In this document: positions 42,714-51,905 of the stretch, piece after piece | Layout: each line of letters opens with the position of its first letter | Position numbering within the stretch: position 1 is the stretch's first letter | Source: Gammaproteobacteria bacterium | GTDB taxonomy: Bacteria; Pseudomonadota; Gammaproteobacteria; Eutrophobiales; Eutrophobiaceae | NCBI GenBank assembly: GCA_965221695.1 | Contig: OZ244905.1 | Coordinates: forward strand, 1,920,001 to 1,984,000 | Length of the DNA stretch: 64,000 bases | Direction: 5' to 3' | The notes under the pieces: generated by a model | Seen by the model: the letters and a program-made list of their open reading frames with translations, nothing else | Told to the model about the DNA's origin: nothing | Database searches by the model: none | Program-made: the position numbers and the translations under genes

Positions 42714-42844
42714 GTTAAACAAGGATAAAGAATCTTAAAACCCCGGTTTTGACGGCAAAAAGTGGGGTTTAAGAGAGCACAACAGACACCTGCAACAAAT
42801 CAGCTCAATGGAAACAAAGAGTTAGGCAGGTCCGACCCTGTTTC
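42714..42844 (-). repeat. Cassette-boundary element copy 6 (full length, inverted)
   Basis: GTTAAACAAGG...GTTAGGCAGGTCCGACCCTGTTTC is the reverse complement of copies 2, 3 and 5. Confidence 0.9.
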
Positions 42845-42846
42845 TC

Positions 42847-42999
42847 TCAGCATATCATCATGAAGTATTTGAGGAATATGGATTGCCTGCTAACACTTTT
42901 GGCGGCACGCCGCTAACAGGCGCGCTTTGGGAGGCGGATATTAATTTCGGCAAAGCGTTGGGCCTGCCCTATTGGTGCGAAGGGTGTGCGCCGAAATGA
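42847..42999 (+). pseudogene. 3' remnant of a toxin C-terminus
   Basis: Start-less frame SAYHHEVFEEYGLPANTFGGTPLTGALWEADINFGKALGLPYWCEGCAPK*; stop overlaps the next ATG (ATGA). Confidence 0.55.
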
Positions 43000-43715
43000 A
43001 CGCATTAGTGAACCTGGTTCGTGCCTTCTGCCTGTTTCTGGCAGTTATTTCGATGAGCGCTGATGCGTTTGATATGGATACCGTCAAGATCAAGGTTGGC
43101 AAGCATCATTTGACTGTTCCAGAACGCTATATGATAGAGCCTCAGATACCAATCTGGTTGCGTTGGGTGCCGGGACTGGCGCCGAGCGAGGGGGGCATCA
43201 TACTTGATATAAAAGCGGAAGACATCGCTGCTGAAGTGCCGGGTTATCAAATCTATGACGGCCGATATAAGGCGGATTGCATACTGCTTATCCAGGTCAA
43301 GGGTGAAAAAGAATTAAAGACATACCTGGACCCGCATTGGCATTATTATAGTGACATGTGGTACGGGCGCGGTTTTTACAGCAATCGAGTTGTTGAAAAG
43401 CATGCGCGCTCTGGATTTTATAAATTATATGACAAAGGCATTGAATCATCTTGGCGTGCTGTAAGAATTTACCCGGATGCCAGCCAACCGATACCCGATG
43501 ACCCGTTTGCTTTTTGGGTGGCGAGCTGTCTAAATGGGACTTCTCCCAGAACGCGAAGTGGCCGGATAACGAGGTGCAAGACCAGGATAATATACGATGA
43601 CCTGCTCTTGGATTTTGGCGTGGCTGAATTTAATTTGCATTTGATTGATGAAGTCAGAGCGATGATGCTTAGGCAGTTGTTGCTATGGAAGGGTGAAATG
43701 GTAGCAGTGGAGTAA
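42996..43715 (+). CDS. Exported protein, putative orphan immunity protein
   Basis: Signal peptide MNALVNLVRAFCLFLAVISMSADA; coupled to the CT remnant; followed 4 bp later by the boundary element. Confidence 0.6.
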   Translation: MNALVNLVRAFCLFLAVISMSADAFDMDTVKIKVGKHHLTVPERYMIEPQIPIWLRWVPGLAPSEGGIILDIKAEDIAAEVPGYQIYDGRYKADCILLIQVKGEKELKTYLDPHWHYYSDMWYGRGFYSNRVVEKHARSGFYKLYDKGIESSWRAVRIYPDASQPIPDDPFAFWVASCLNGTSPRTRSGRITRCKTRIIYDDLLLDFGVAEFNLHLIDEVRAMMLRQLLLWKGEMVAVE

Positions 43716-43719
43716 CAGC

Positions 43720-43737
43720 GAAACAGGGTCGGACCTG
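43720..43737 (+). repeat. Cassette-boundary element copy 7 (5' 18 bp)
   Basis: GAAACAGGGTCGGACCTG, exact match to copies 4 and 5. Confidence 0.8.
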
Positions 43738-43911
43738 AATAAATGCAAGCTTACCAAAGACGCCTGGGGCAACGACTACCGATATGAAGCGCCTGGAAAA
43801 AACGGACTCTATGATCTATATTCCTATGGCGCGGATAATTCCTCCGGGGGCTCTCGCGAAGACAGGGATATTGTCAGTTGGGAGTAAAAGTGGCATCACC
43901 CTGGTCGAATT
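43733..43911 (+). pseudogene. Relic of a gspG 3' end / gspH 5' start
   Basis: Ungapped alignment to 6090-6268, 23 mismatches in 179 bp counted by eye; reads KDAWGNDYRYEAPGKNGLYDLYSYGADNSSGGSREDRDIVSWE*. Confidence 0.9.
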
Positions 43912-43982
43912 ATCGTTTATCTATACGACAATCTGTATAGATTTCCGGGATTGTTTGAATATAACAGAACGAGGGCGAAGCG

Positions 43983-46900
43983 ATGGCAACTGCAAAAGAA
44001 AAAAACGATGCGCCTGACAACATGTCCACCCCTTACGAGATGGATTTAAGCGCCGACGAGTATACGTTTGAAGGGTGGATTGACGATAACAAGGACCAGG
44101 ACTGGGTCAAAATCCAGCTCACAAAAGGAATATTGTACACCATTACGCTTCAGGGAAAAGGCAGCAAAAACGTTCAGGCTGCCGATCACACCGTGCTGAT
44201 ACTCTACGACGCAAAGGGAAATGAAATCGCTCGCTCGGATGCGAGTTCACGTTCTTCCTCAAGTTCAACAATAGACTTTACTGCGCCGGCAAATGACGTA
44301 TATTTCCTCAGCGCCGGCGTCAATGCAGTGGATAAGAAAAAGGATTATTCGGGTCATTATGAAATTAAGGTTTATGAGTCCAAGCCGCAGGATAAAGATG
44401 AGGGGATAATATTCAAGGGCACAGCGGCCCCTGAGGTAATAGAAGGCGGGAAAGGCAACGATCTGCTCGACGGCTTGGGAGGTGACGATACGATATACGG
44501 TTATGGCGGCGACGACACGATAACAGGCGGCGATGGCGATGACGTTATCGTTGGTGGGCCGGGGGCTGACAAACTCGATGGCGGAAATGACATTGATTTA
44601 ATTGCGTATTTCGATTCACCGGCAGCAGTCAAAATAAACCTGCTCTATCGCACAGCCTGGGGCGGTGATGCCGAGGGAGATAGGATAGGTCCGGATATTG
44701 AAGGGGTGGCAGGATCCGACTTTGAAGACGAACTGGCGGGAAATGATGGGTTCAACATTATCTTGGGCGGCGCCGGTGATGACATCATATACGGATTGGG
44801 AGATGTTGACTTATTACTCGGCGAAGCAGGTGACGACAGGATAAACGGCGGCAAGGGTCCTGATTATATTGTTGGAGGTGAGGGTGACGATTCTCTATTC
44901 GGCGAGGATGGCGATGATCAGTTGATAGGAGAGGCCGGCAATGACAAGCTGTATGGTGGAGCTGGCGATGATTGGCTGACAGGACAGACCGGTGATGACA
45001 AGCTGAATGGCGGCGCTGGCGGTGATGCGCTTGAAGGAGGCGCCGGCAATGATACTCTGGATGCTGGTGCTGGCGATGATACGCTAGAAGGAGGCGTCGG
45101 CGATGATACTCTGGATGGTGGTGATGGCGATGATCATCTGGCAGGAGGGGCCGGCGATGATAAGCTGTATGGTGGCTATGGTAATGATAGGCTGACGGGT
45201 GGGCCAGGCGCTGATGATCTAATCGGTGGTCCTGGCAGGGATGTTGCCTCATTCCATTATTCGAACGCGGTGACAGTGCGGCTACATTCATTTGAGTTGA
45301 GCGGCGGCGATGCCGAGGGCGATACTTTTGGTGGCAGGGGCGATCCAATAGTATATACAGACGAGGACGGCAACGAGAAAACGTTCATACCAGCCGATAT
45401 TGAGGATCTTCAGGGATCCACTTCTAATGACACTCTGGCCGGCGATATCAGAGCTAATTTCATCGATGGCGGTTCAGGGGACGACAACATCCAAGGTATG
45501 GCTGGCGATGACTTCCTGGATGGCAATGATGGTGATGACATTCTTGATGGCGGCGCTGGTGATGATACGCTGCGAGGCGGTTCAGGTAGTGACCATGTGA
45601 CAGGCGGAGGTGGCGCTGATACGCTCGAAGGCGGCCCCGGCTGGGATACATTATCGTATTATGATTCACCCGAAGCAGTTGAGGTGAACCTGTCATCCGG
45701 CTTAGCCAAAGGTGGTGATGCTGAGGGAGATACATTAGGGCTGGGTTTTGAATATCTGGAAGGTTCCCAATTTGCTGACAAACTGACGGGCAACAGCGAC
45801 CGTAATACGATATGGGGTCGCGCTGGTGATGATGTTCTTGAAGGAGGCGCGGGCGATGACCTTCTGGATGGTGGCGTGGGCGACGATTCGCTGAATGGCG
45901 GCGCTGGGTATGATTTGTTGAGAGGTGGACCCGGCGCTGATGAGCTGATCGGTGGTCCTGGTGGGAATATGGCCTCTTTCTATTTTTCTGACGCTGCGGT
46001 GACAGTGCGTCTGCATTCCTTCGAGTTAAGTGGTGGCTATGCCGAAGGCGATACATTTGGTGGCAGGGACGACCCCATAGTGTATACAGACGAGGAGGGC
46101 AACGAGAAAACGTTCATCCCTGCTGATATTACTAGTCTCCGAGGCTCTGAATGGAATGACATTCTGGTTGGCGATATCAGAAATAATTTCATCGGGGGAG
46201 TTGGTGGTGATGACAAGATTCAAGGCATGGCGGGCAACGATTACCTATATGGTGGCGATGGCAATGACATCTTGGATGGCGATGATGGTGATGACTTTCT
46301 TGATGGTAGGCAAGGCAATGATACTCTGAACGGTGGCGCTGGTGATGACTGGTTAGAAGGCGACGCGGGTGATGATACGCTGCGGGGTGACGCAGGCAAT
46401 GACCATGTGGCAGGTGGCGCGGGCGCTGATACGCTCGAAGGCGGCCCGGGCTGGGATAGATTATCCTATTTCGATTCACCCGAAGCAGTAGAGGTGAACC
46501 TGTCATCCGGTTCAGCCAAAGGTGGTGATGCCGAAGGGGATACGATAGGGCTGGATTTTGAAGTTCTGCATGGTTCTGAATTTGACGACAAACTGACGGG
46601 AAATAGCGGCAATAATTTCATATGGGGTTACACCGGCAATGATGCTCTTGAAGGAAGCGATGGCGATGACCTTCTGGAGGGTGACGCGGGCGACGATTCA
46701 CTGAAAGGCGGCGATGGCAATGATGAACTGAGAGGCGGAGCTGGCGCTGATGAGCTGATCGGTGGTCCTGGCAGGGATGTTGCTGCATTCTATTATTCGG
46801 ACGCGGCAGTGATAGTGCGTCTGCATTCCTTTGAGTTGAGCGGCGGCGATGCCGAGGGCGATACCTTTGGTGGCAGGGACGACCCCATAGTGTATAGAGA

Positions 46901-49166
46901 CGAGGAGGGCAACGTGAAAACGTTCACACCAGCCGATATTGAAGGTCTGATTGGTTCTAAATGGAATGACGTTCTGGTTGGTGATATCAGGGATAATGCC
47001 ATCCGAGGCTTTGATGGTCATGACAACATCGTAGGCATGGCTGGCAATGACACTTTGGATGGCAATGATGGTAATGACATTGTTTATGGTGATGCTGGCG
47101 ATGATACGCTGCGAGGCGGCGCAGGGAATGACTTTTTGGAGGGTGGCGCAGGCGCTGATACGCTCGAAGGCGGCACGGGCCGGGATACACTATCCTATTT
47201 TAATTCACCTGAAGCAGTTGAGGTGAACCTGTCATCCGGCTTAGCCAAAGGTGGTGATGCCGAGGGTGATACCTTAGGTTTGGATTTTGAGAAGCTGGAA
47301 GGTTCCGAATTTGCTGACAAACTGACGGGGAACAGCGGCAGTAATTTCATATGGGGTTATGCAGGCGATGATGCTCTTGAAGGTGGCGCAGGCGATGATG
47401 TTCTGGAGGGTGGCGCGGGCGACGATTCACTGAAAGGCGGCGATGGCGATGACGAGTTGAGAGGCGGCGCCGGTGATGATCATGTGACAGGTGGCGCAGG
47501 CGCAGATACGCTCGAAGGCGGCCCGGGTCTGAATACACTATCCTATATTAATTCACCCGAAGCAGTTGAGGTGAATCTGTCAACCGGTTTGGCCAAAGGC
47601 GGTGATGCTGAGGGTGATACCTTAGGGCTGGATTTTGAAAGTCTGATTGGTTCCAAATTTAATGACAAACTGACCGGAAACAGTGGTAATAATTCGATAC
47701 TTGGTGGCAGGGGTAATGATACGGTGCATGGCGGCGCTGGCGATGATACGCTGGATGGACACGATGGCGATGATGATCTTAGAGGTGGAGCGGGCAATGA
47801 TGGTTTGTACGGCGACTCTGGTGACGATTCGCTGAATGGTGGTGATGGCGATGATGATCTTTGGGGATATCCCGGCAATGATACCTTGATCGGTGGCGCC
47901 GGCGATGATCTACTGCACGGCGGCAGTGGTAACGACAATCTGGAAGGTGGTCCTGGCGCGGATGTGCTCTATGGTAGCGTCGGTGGAGATTCGCTGCACG
48001 GCGGCATTGGTAATGACTATGTGGAAGGTGGCCCTGGCGCGGATGTGCTTAATGGTGGCGCTGGCGTTGATAATTTGTCTTACATTGGCTCGATGGAAGC
48101 GGTCGAAGTCGACCTGTCATCGGGTTCAGCCAAAGGTGGTGATGCAGAGGAAGATACATTGGGACTTGATTTTGAAAATGTTCAAGGTTCTCAATTTGCT
48201 GACAAGCTGACCGGGAACAGTGGCAATAACGTGATACGAGGCCAAGGCGGTAATGATACGCTACGTGGCGGCGCCGGCAATGATGAGCTTCACGGCGGGA
48301 AGGGAGAAGATATATTGTGGGGTGACGCTGGCAATGATACGTTTTATGGCGGCGAGGACAATGACATCATCTACGTTGACGGTATGGATGATGATGCAAA
48401 TATTGATGGGGGCAGTGGCCATTTTGATATTGTGTCCTACGAACATGCAGGATTGAGTGAAGGTGTTACAAAAAACATCAGTGATTTTAATGGCATCGAA
48501 TATATCATCGGCACGAGCCACGCTGACACGCTAACAGATGACATTGATATGGGGAATAACTATCTTGAAGGCGGTCCGGGCGCTGATACTCTTGACGGTG
48601 GCGATGGATATGATTATTTAGCGTATAGCCAATCCAGTGAGGGAGTAACAGTAAATCTATCGACGAATATCACCAGTGGCGGTGATGCTGCCGGCGATAC
48701 CGTGAAAAACTTCGAGGCTATCGCCGGGTCTGAGCATAATGATAATTTAACCGGTAACGATAGTGATAATAATTTATTTGGCCTGGGCGGTGACGATAAT
48801 CTTGCGGGTGGCGCCGGCCCGGATCTTATTTTAGGTGGACAAGGCGATGACACATTGACGGGTGGGAGTGGCAATGATCTTTATTTGTTCTTCCCCGGTG
48901 ACGGGGATGACGTCATCACGGATTTTGGTGATGGTAGTGATGTGATCATACTCGCCGATTTTAACTCTAGTATTGAGAGTGTGGATCTTAAAACTATTAT
49001 AAGCCAAGAAGGCGATGATGTGATTTTTGATCTGGAGGACTTTGGCGGCGGGTCAATAACAGTGCAAGCTAGCGAGGACAATACCGTAAGTGTTTCTGAT
49101 TTTATTGATGAGAACGGAGAGACAACGGATGTTTTGCTCATTTCATACTCTGAATCTGCCGCTTAG
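43983..49166 (+). CDS. Large RTX (hemolysin-type Ca-binding repeat) protein with N-terminal PPC-like domain
   Basis: Many GGxGxDxL nonapeptides; repeated SY.DSPEAVEVNL..G.AKGGDAEGDT blocks; N-terminal D.DWVKIQL..G..YTITL; no Sec signal; C-terminal G.DVITDF. Confidence 0.9.
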   Translation: MATAKEKNDAPDNMSTPYEMDLSADEYTFEGWIDDNKDQDWVKIQLTKGILYTITLQGKGSKNVQAADHTVLILYDAKGNEIARSDASSRSSSSSTIDFTAPANDVYFLSAGVNAVDKKKDYSGHYEIKVYESKPQDKDEGIIFKGTAAPEVIEGGKGNDLLDGLGGDDTIYGYGGDDTITGGDGDDVIVGGPGADKLDGGNDIDLIAYFDSPAAVKINLLYRTAWGGDAEGDRIGPDIEGVAGSDFEDELAGNDGFNIILGGAGDDIIYGLGDVDLLLGEAGDDRINGGKGPDYIVGGEGDDSLFGEDGDDQLIGEAGNDKLYGGAGDDWLTGQTGDDKLNGGAGGDALEGGAGNDTLDAGAGDDTLEGGVGDDTLDGGDGDDHLAGGAGDDKLYGGYGNDRLTGGPGADDLIGGPGRDVASFHYSNAVTVRLHSFELSGGDAEGDTFGGRGDPIVYTDEDGNEKTFIPADIEDLQGSTSNDTLAGDIRANFIDGGSGDDNIQGMAGDDFLDGNDGDDILDGGAGDDTLRGGSGSDHVTGGGGADTLEGGPGWDTLSYYDSPEAVEVNLSSGLAKGGDAEGDTLGLGFEYLEGSQFADKLTGNSDRNTIWGRAGDDVLEGGAGDDLLDGGVGDDSLNGGAGYDLLRGGPGADELIGGPGGNMASFYFSDAAVTVRLHSFELSGGYAEGDTFGGRDDPIVYTDEEGNEKTFIPADITSLRGSEWNDILVGDIRNNFIGGVGGDDKIQGMAGNDYLYGGDGNDILDGDDGDDFLDGRQGNDTLNGGAGDDWLEGDAGDDTLRGDAGNDHVAGGAGADTLEGGPGWDRLSYFDSPEAVEVNLSSGSAKGGDAEGDTIGLDFEVLHGSEFDDKLTGNSGNNFIWGYTGNDALEGSDGDDLLEGDAGDDSLKGGDGNDELRGGAGADELIGGPGRDVAAFYYSDAAVIVRLHSFELSGGDAEGDTFGGRDDPIVYRDEEGNVKTFTPADIEGLIGSKWNDVLVGDIRDNAIRGFDGHDNIVGMAGNDTLDGNDGNDIVYGDAGDDTLRGGAGNDFLEGGAGADTLEGGTGRDTLSYFNSPEAVEVNLSSGLAKGGDAEGDTLGLDFEKLEGSEFADKLTGNSGSNFIWGYAGDDALEGGAGDDVLEGGAGDDSLKGGDGDDELRGGAGDDHVTGGAGADTLEGGPGLNTLSYINSPEAVEVNLSTGLAKGGDAEGDTLGLDFESLIGSKFNDKLTGNSGNNSILGGRGNDTVHGGAGDDTLDGHDGDDDLRGGAGNDGLYGDSGDDSLNGGDGDDDLWGYPGNDTLIGGAGDDLLHGGSGNDNLEGGPGADVLYGSVGGDSLHGGIGNDYVEGGPGADVLNGGAGVDNLSYIGSMEAVEVDLSSGSAKGGDAEEDTLGLDFENVQGSQFADKLTGNSGNNVIRGQGGNDTLRGGAGNDELHGGKGEDILWGDAGNDTFYGGEDNDIIYVDGMDDDANIDGGSGHFDIVSYEHAGLSEGVTKNISDFNGIEYIIGTSHADTLTDDIDMGNNYLEGGPGADTLDGGDGYDYLAYSQSSEGVTVNLSTNITSGGDAAGDTVKNFEAIAGSEHNDNLTGNDSDNNLFGLGGDDNLAGGAGPDLILGGQGDDTLTGGSGNDLYLFFPGDGDDVITDFGDGSDVIILADFNSSIESVDLKTIISQEGDDVIFDLEDFGGGSITVQASEDNTVSVSDFIDENGETTDVLLISYSESAA

Positions 49167-49378
49167 AGACTTTAACAAAAACTGTGTAAACCGCCCATCA
49201 TTAACCTTAACGTCGCACCTGGTGTCAACGCTGGCAAAACCTGAGCGTCCTGTTCCGCTACCCGGATGACATTCGCAAGGCGACTTATACGACAAACGCC
49301 ATCGAATCCCTGAACTGCGTAATCCGCAAGGCCGTCAAGAAGCGCAAGCTGTTCTCGTCGGACGATGCGGCGGCCTTC
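49166..49378 (+). mobile_element. Internally deleted IS256-family remnant
   Basis: IS256-like end GAGACTTTAACAAAAACTGTGTAA at 49166; 49232-49375 translates WQNLSVLFRYPDDIRKATYTTNAIESLNCVIRKAVKKRKLF. Confidence 0.8.
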
Positions 49379-49412
49379 CGCGGACAGGAAGTTAAATGCC
49401 CTACAGGCAGTG

Positions 49413-49937
49413 TTATCCAGGCAAAAGAAACAGCTTGAAGGCGGTGAACAGCGAACCCGTGAATGCAGCTTGAATCAGGACAATTTTTACCATCAGTCGT
49501 AATTCCAGATTCTTGAGCCGGTGGTCCATCGATATTTCCTGCTTCTCCATCTCGTGGCGTAGCGATGTTTCCATTTTCTCCATATCGCTACGAAGGGATG
49601 TTTCCATGCTCTCCATATCGCCCCGCAGATTCTCGATGTCACCGCGAAGCGATGCTTCCATCTTCTCCATATCGCTACGAAGCGCTGTCTCCGTCTTCTC
49701 CATGTCGCCCCGCAGGGATGTTTCCATTTTCTCCATGTCGCCGCGAAGCGCGGTTTCCATGCTCTCCATATCGCTACGAAGCGTAGTCTCCGTCTTAGCC
49801 AGATCAGCCTTGGTCGCTACTCGCTCATTAATCGCATCTTGCACCAGTATCACCACCGATTCCGCTTGTTTGGCCTCCATGCCGGAGTCCTTCAAGCCTT
49901 GCGCCATCTTCAGCGTATAAAAAGCTACATCTGTCAT
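49413..49937 (-). CDS. DUF1640/CCDC90-like coiled-coil membrane protein with 33-bp repeats
   Basis: F.TLK....L..SG....QAE, ATKADL, repeated DMEKMETSLR(G/S), C-terminal TM helix. Confidence 0.8.
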   Translation of the reverse strand: MTDVAFYTLKMAQGLKDSGMEAKQAESVVILVQDAINERVATKADLAKTETTLRSDMESMETALRGDMEKMETSLRGDMEKTETALRSDMEKMEASLRGDIENLRGDMESMETSLRSDMEKMETSLRHEMEKQEISMDHRLKNLELRLMVKIVLIQAAFTGSLFTAFKLFLLPG

Positions 49938-50159
49938 TTTTCCGTCTCCGATCTTGTTGTTCATTTCACTTGGCCGGAACGCCGACCTATGCTCCGCAGG
50001 TCATAAACCCAGCGGGAGGCAGCCCGGATTATTGTTCCCTTTGCATCACTGCCGCATCCGGCGACAGTTCGGGACTGCTCTCAGGTGTTACTCTATCTGC
50101 AAGTCTTCGAGGTTGTCAAATCAAAGTGTTTTTCAATATGAAATGAGCCTAAAAACTAG

Positions 50160-50176
50160 AATTAGGCAGGTCCGAC
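50160..50176 (-). repeat. Cassette-boundary element copy 8 (17-bp fragment)
   Basis: Reverse complement GTCGGACCTGCCTAATT is identical to part of copy 5. Confidence 0.55.
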
Positions 50177-50261
50177 TATGAATTCTGGATATCGTAATTC
50201 AGTTGTGTCTCGCTGTTTCCCCTCCAAGGTGACAGCCTTTGCTACGACACAGCTTACTCCG

Positions 50262-50627
50262 TTACCCCAAAGACAATGTTGCCAGAAAGTCTTTGGCAGG
50301 TTCGATGCGCGCGCCGTCAGGAAAGGATTTGCTCTGATTAAGCTGGGCGACGACCTGGGTTCGGGCAATCGATTGGTCAGCAAGAAATTTTGGGTTCCTT
50401 CAACAGGGCGCGGGCTATGTTTTTATGGTATGGCTTCAATTTGAAAATCACATAAAGGTCTTCCAGTAATTGCAGCCAGTGTCGGATCGTATTTGGGCTT
50501 TTTTGCAAATCGCGGGCGAGCGAGTTAGCAGAGACAGAGTAGTCTTGCCACACTGGCGAGGGCCGGTCAATAACAGGATTTTTTTGCCCAACTCATCTGC
50601 AAGCGCGACGTTCAAGTACCTTTCCAT
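50262..50627 (-). pseudogene. AAA_14/DUF4143 ATPase reduced to three fragments
   Basis: MERYL...LTGPRQCGKTTLS; then SANSLARDLQKSPNTIRHWLQLLEDLYVIFKLKPYHKNIARALLKEPK; then KSFPDGARIEPAKDFLATL. Confidence 0.8.
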
Positions 50628-50789
50628 TATGGAATAGCCTGATTGATATTCTCTGTCAGTAGGGTGACAATTAGTCAAATACTTGCGCTTACTACTCGCG
50701 CAACAGCGGGAGCTCAATCAAATACAGTGTCGCCTGAAAAGCGGCCCTGTTCTGGTGAATTTGCAGGTGTCGTGAGAAGTGATGCCGGC

Positions 50790-51698
50790 TCAGGCTGCTT
50801 TCGCTGCGGGAAACACGCCGGCGCGGGTGAGCATGGCCGGCATGGACGCGCCCAGCGGACCTTCCAGCCATTTTGCGGTGTCGATGATCCTGTTGATGTC
50901 GATGCCGGTCTCAAAACCCATACGCTGGATCATGTACAGCAGGTCTTCCGTGGCCACGTTGCCGGTCGCAGCCGGGGCGAACGGGCAACCGCCCACGCCG
51001 CCGCAGCTCGCATCGAAGGACCTGACGCCTTCCTGTATGGCCGCATAGGTGTTTGCCACCGCCGTGTTGCGGGTGTTGTGGAAATGGCAACCCAGGATCA
51101 GATCAGGTTCAAGGCTGCTGATGCGGCTTATCATCGCGGCAACGTCCGAAGGGCCGGCGGCGCCGATGGTGTCCGCCAGGGAAATTTCGTTATAACCCAT
51201 AGCCGCCAATCGCTGGACCAGGCCCACGACCTTCTCCATCGGCATTTCGCCCTCGAAAGGACAACCGAATGCGGCGCTGATTGTGACTGCCTTGCCGATG
51301 CCGGCGGCTTCAACCTCCCGAGTAATCTGCGCGACCAGCTCCATGGTCTGCTCCGTGGTCGCACCCTGGTTGCGCAAACTGAATGTGTCCGAGGCCACCA
51401 CAGCACATTTCACTTCATCGATCTTGCAGGCCAGCGCGCGCTCGAAACCCCGCAGGTTCAGCGCCAGCCCGATATAGGACACATCATCCCGTTGCGGCAG
51501 GCCGCGCGCCACCTCTTCCGCGTCCGCCATCTGCGGGACCCGCTTCGGGTTGACGAAACTGACTACTTCCATGCGCCGGATGCCGGCGTCTACTAGCCGG
51601 TTGATTAACTCCAGTTTGTGCTCGACGCTCAATACCACAGGCTGGCTCTGCAGGCCATCGCGGGGGCTGACGTCAACGATTTCGATAAAATCCGGCAT
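50790..51698 (-). CDS. Hydroxymethylglutaryl-CoA lyase family
   Basis: VSPRDGLQ, SFVNPKRVPQMAD, SLADTIG, HFHNTR, GGCPFAPAATGNVATED. Confidence 0.92.
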   Translation of the reverse strand: MPDFIEIVDVSPRDGLQSQPVVLSVEHKLELINRLVDAGIRRMEVVSFVNPKRVPQMADAEEVARGLPQRDDVSYIGLALNLRGFERALACKIDEVKCAVVASDTFSLRNQGATTEQTMELVAQITREVEAAGIGKAVTISAAFGCPFEGEMPMEKVVGLVQRLAAMGYNEISLADTIGAAGPSDVAAMISRISSLEPDLILGCHFHNTRNTAVANTYAAIQEGVRSFDASCGGVGGCPFAPAATGNVATEDLLYMIQRMGFETGIDINRIIDTAKWLEGPLGASMPAMLTRAGVFPAAKAA

Positions 51699-51905
51699 GG
51701 CGCTCTCAAATCTCCAAGGACGCTCTGACATAATGCCAGAGGTTCCCAAGGTTTTCCCGGGGCAAGTCCCGGGCAGTCTTGTTCATTATTCGCCGTATAA
51801 TATACCATAGTCCGGCGAGCCGCTTGAGCGGGAGTTGCTCAGCAGACGACAACTAAAACCCCGACGGGGTATTGCTCATTTTCCCGGGGCGTTTACAGAA
51901 ACAGA

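Noticed and set aside
27471-43737. Classical integron (attC array)
   Set aside because: No intI in the window, and the two RYYYAAC boxes are direct rather than inverted R''/R' boxes. Kept only as an analogy.
43784-44017. 77-aa ORF as a new gene
   Set aside because: It is the gspH-frame reading of the gspG/gspH relic.
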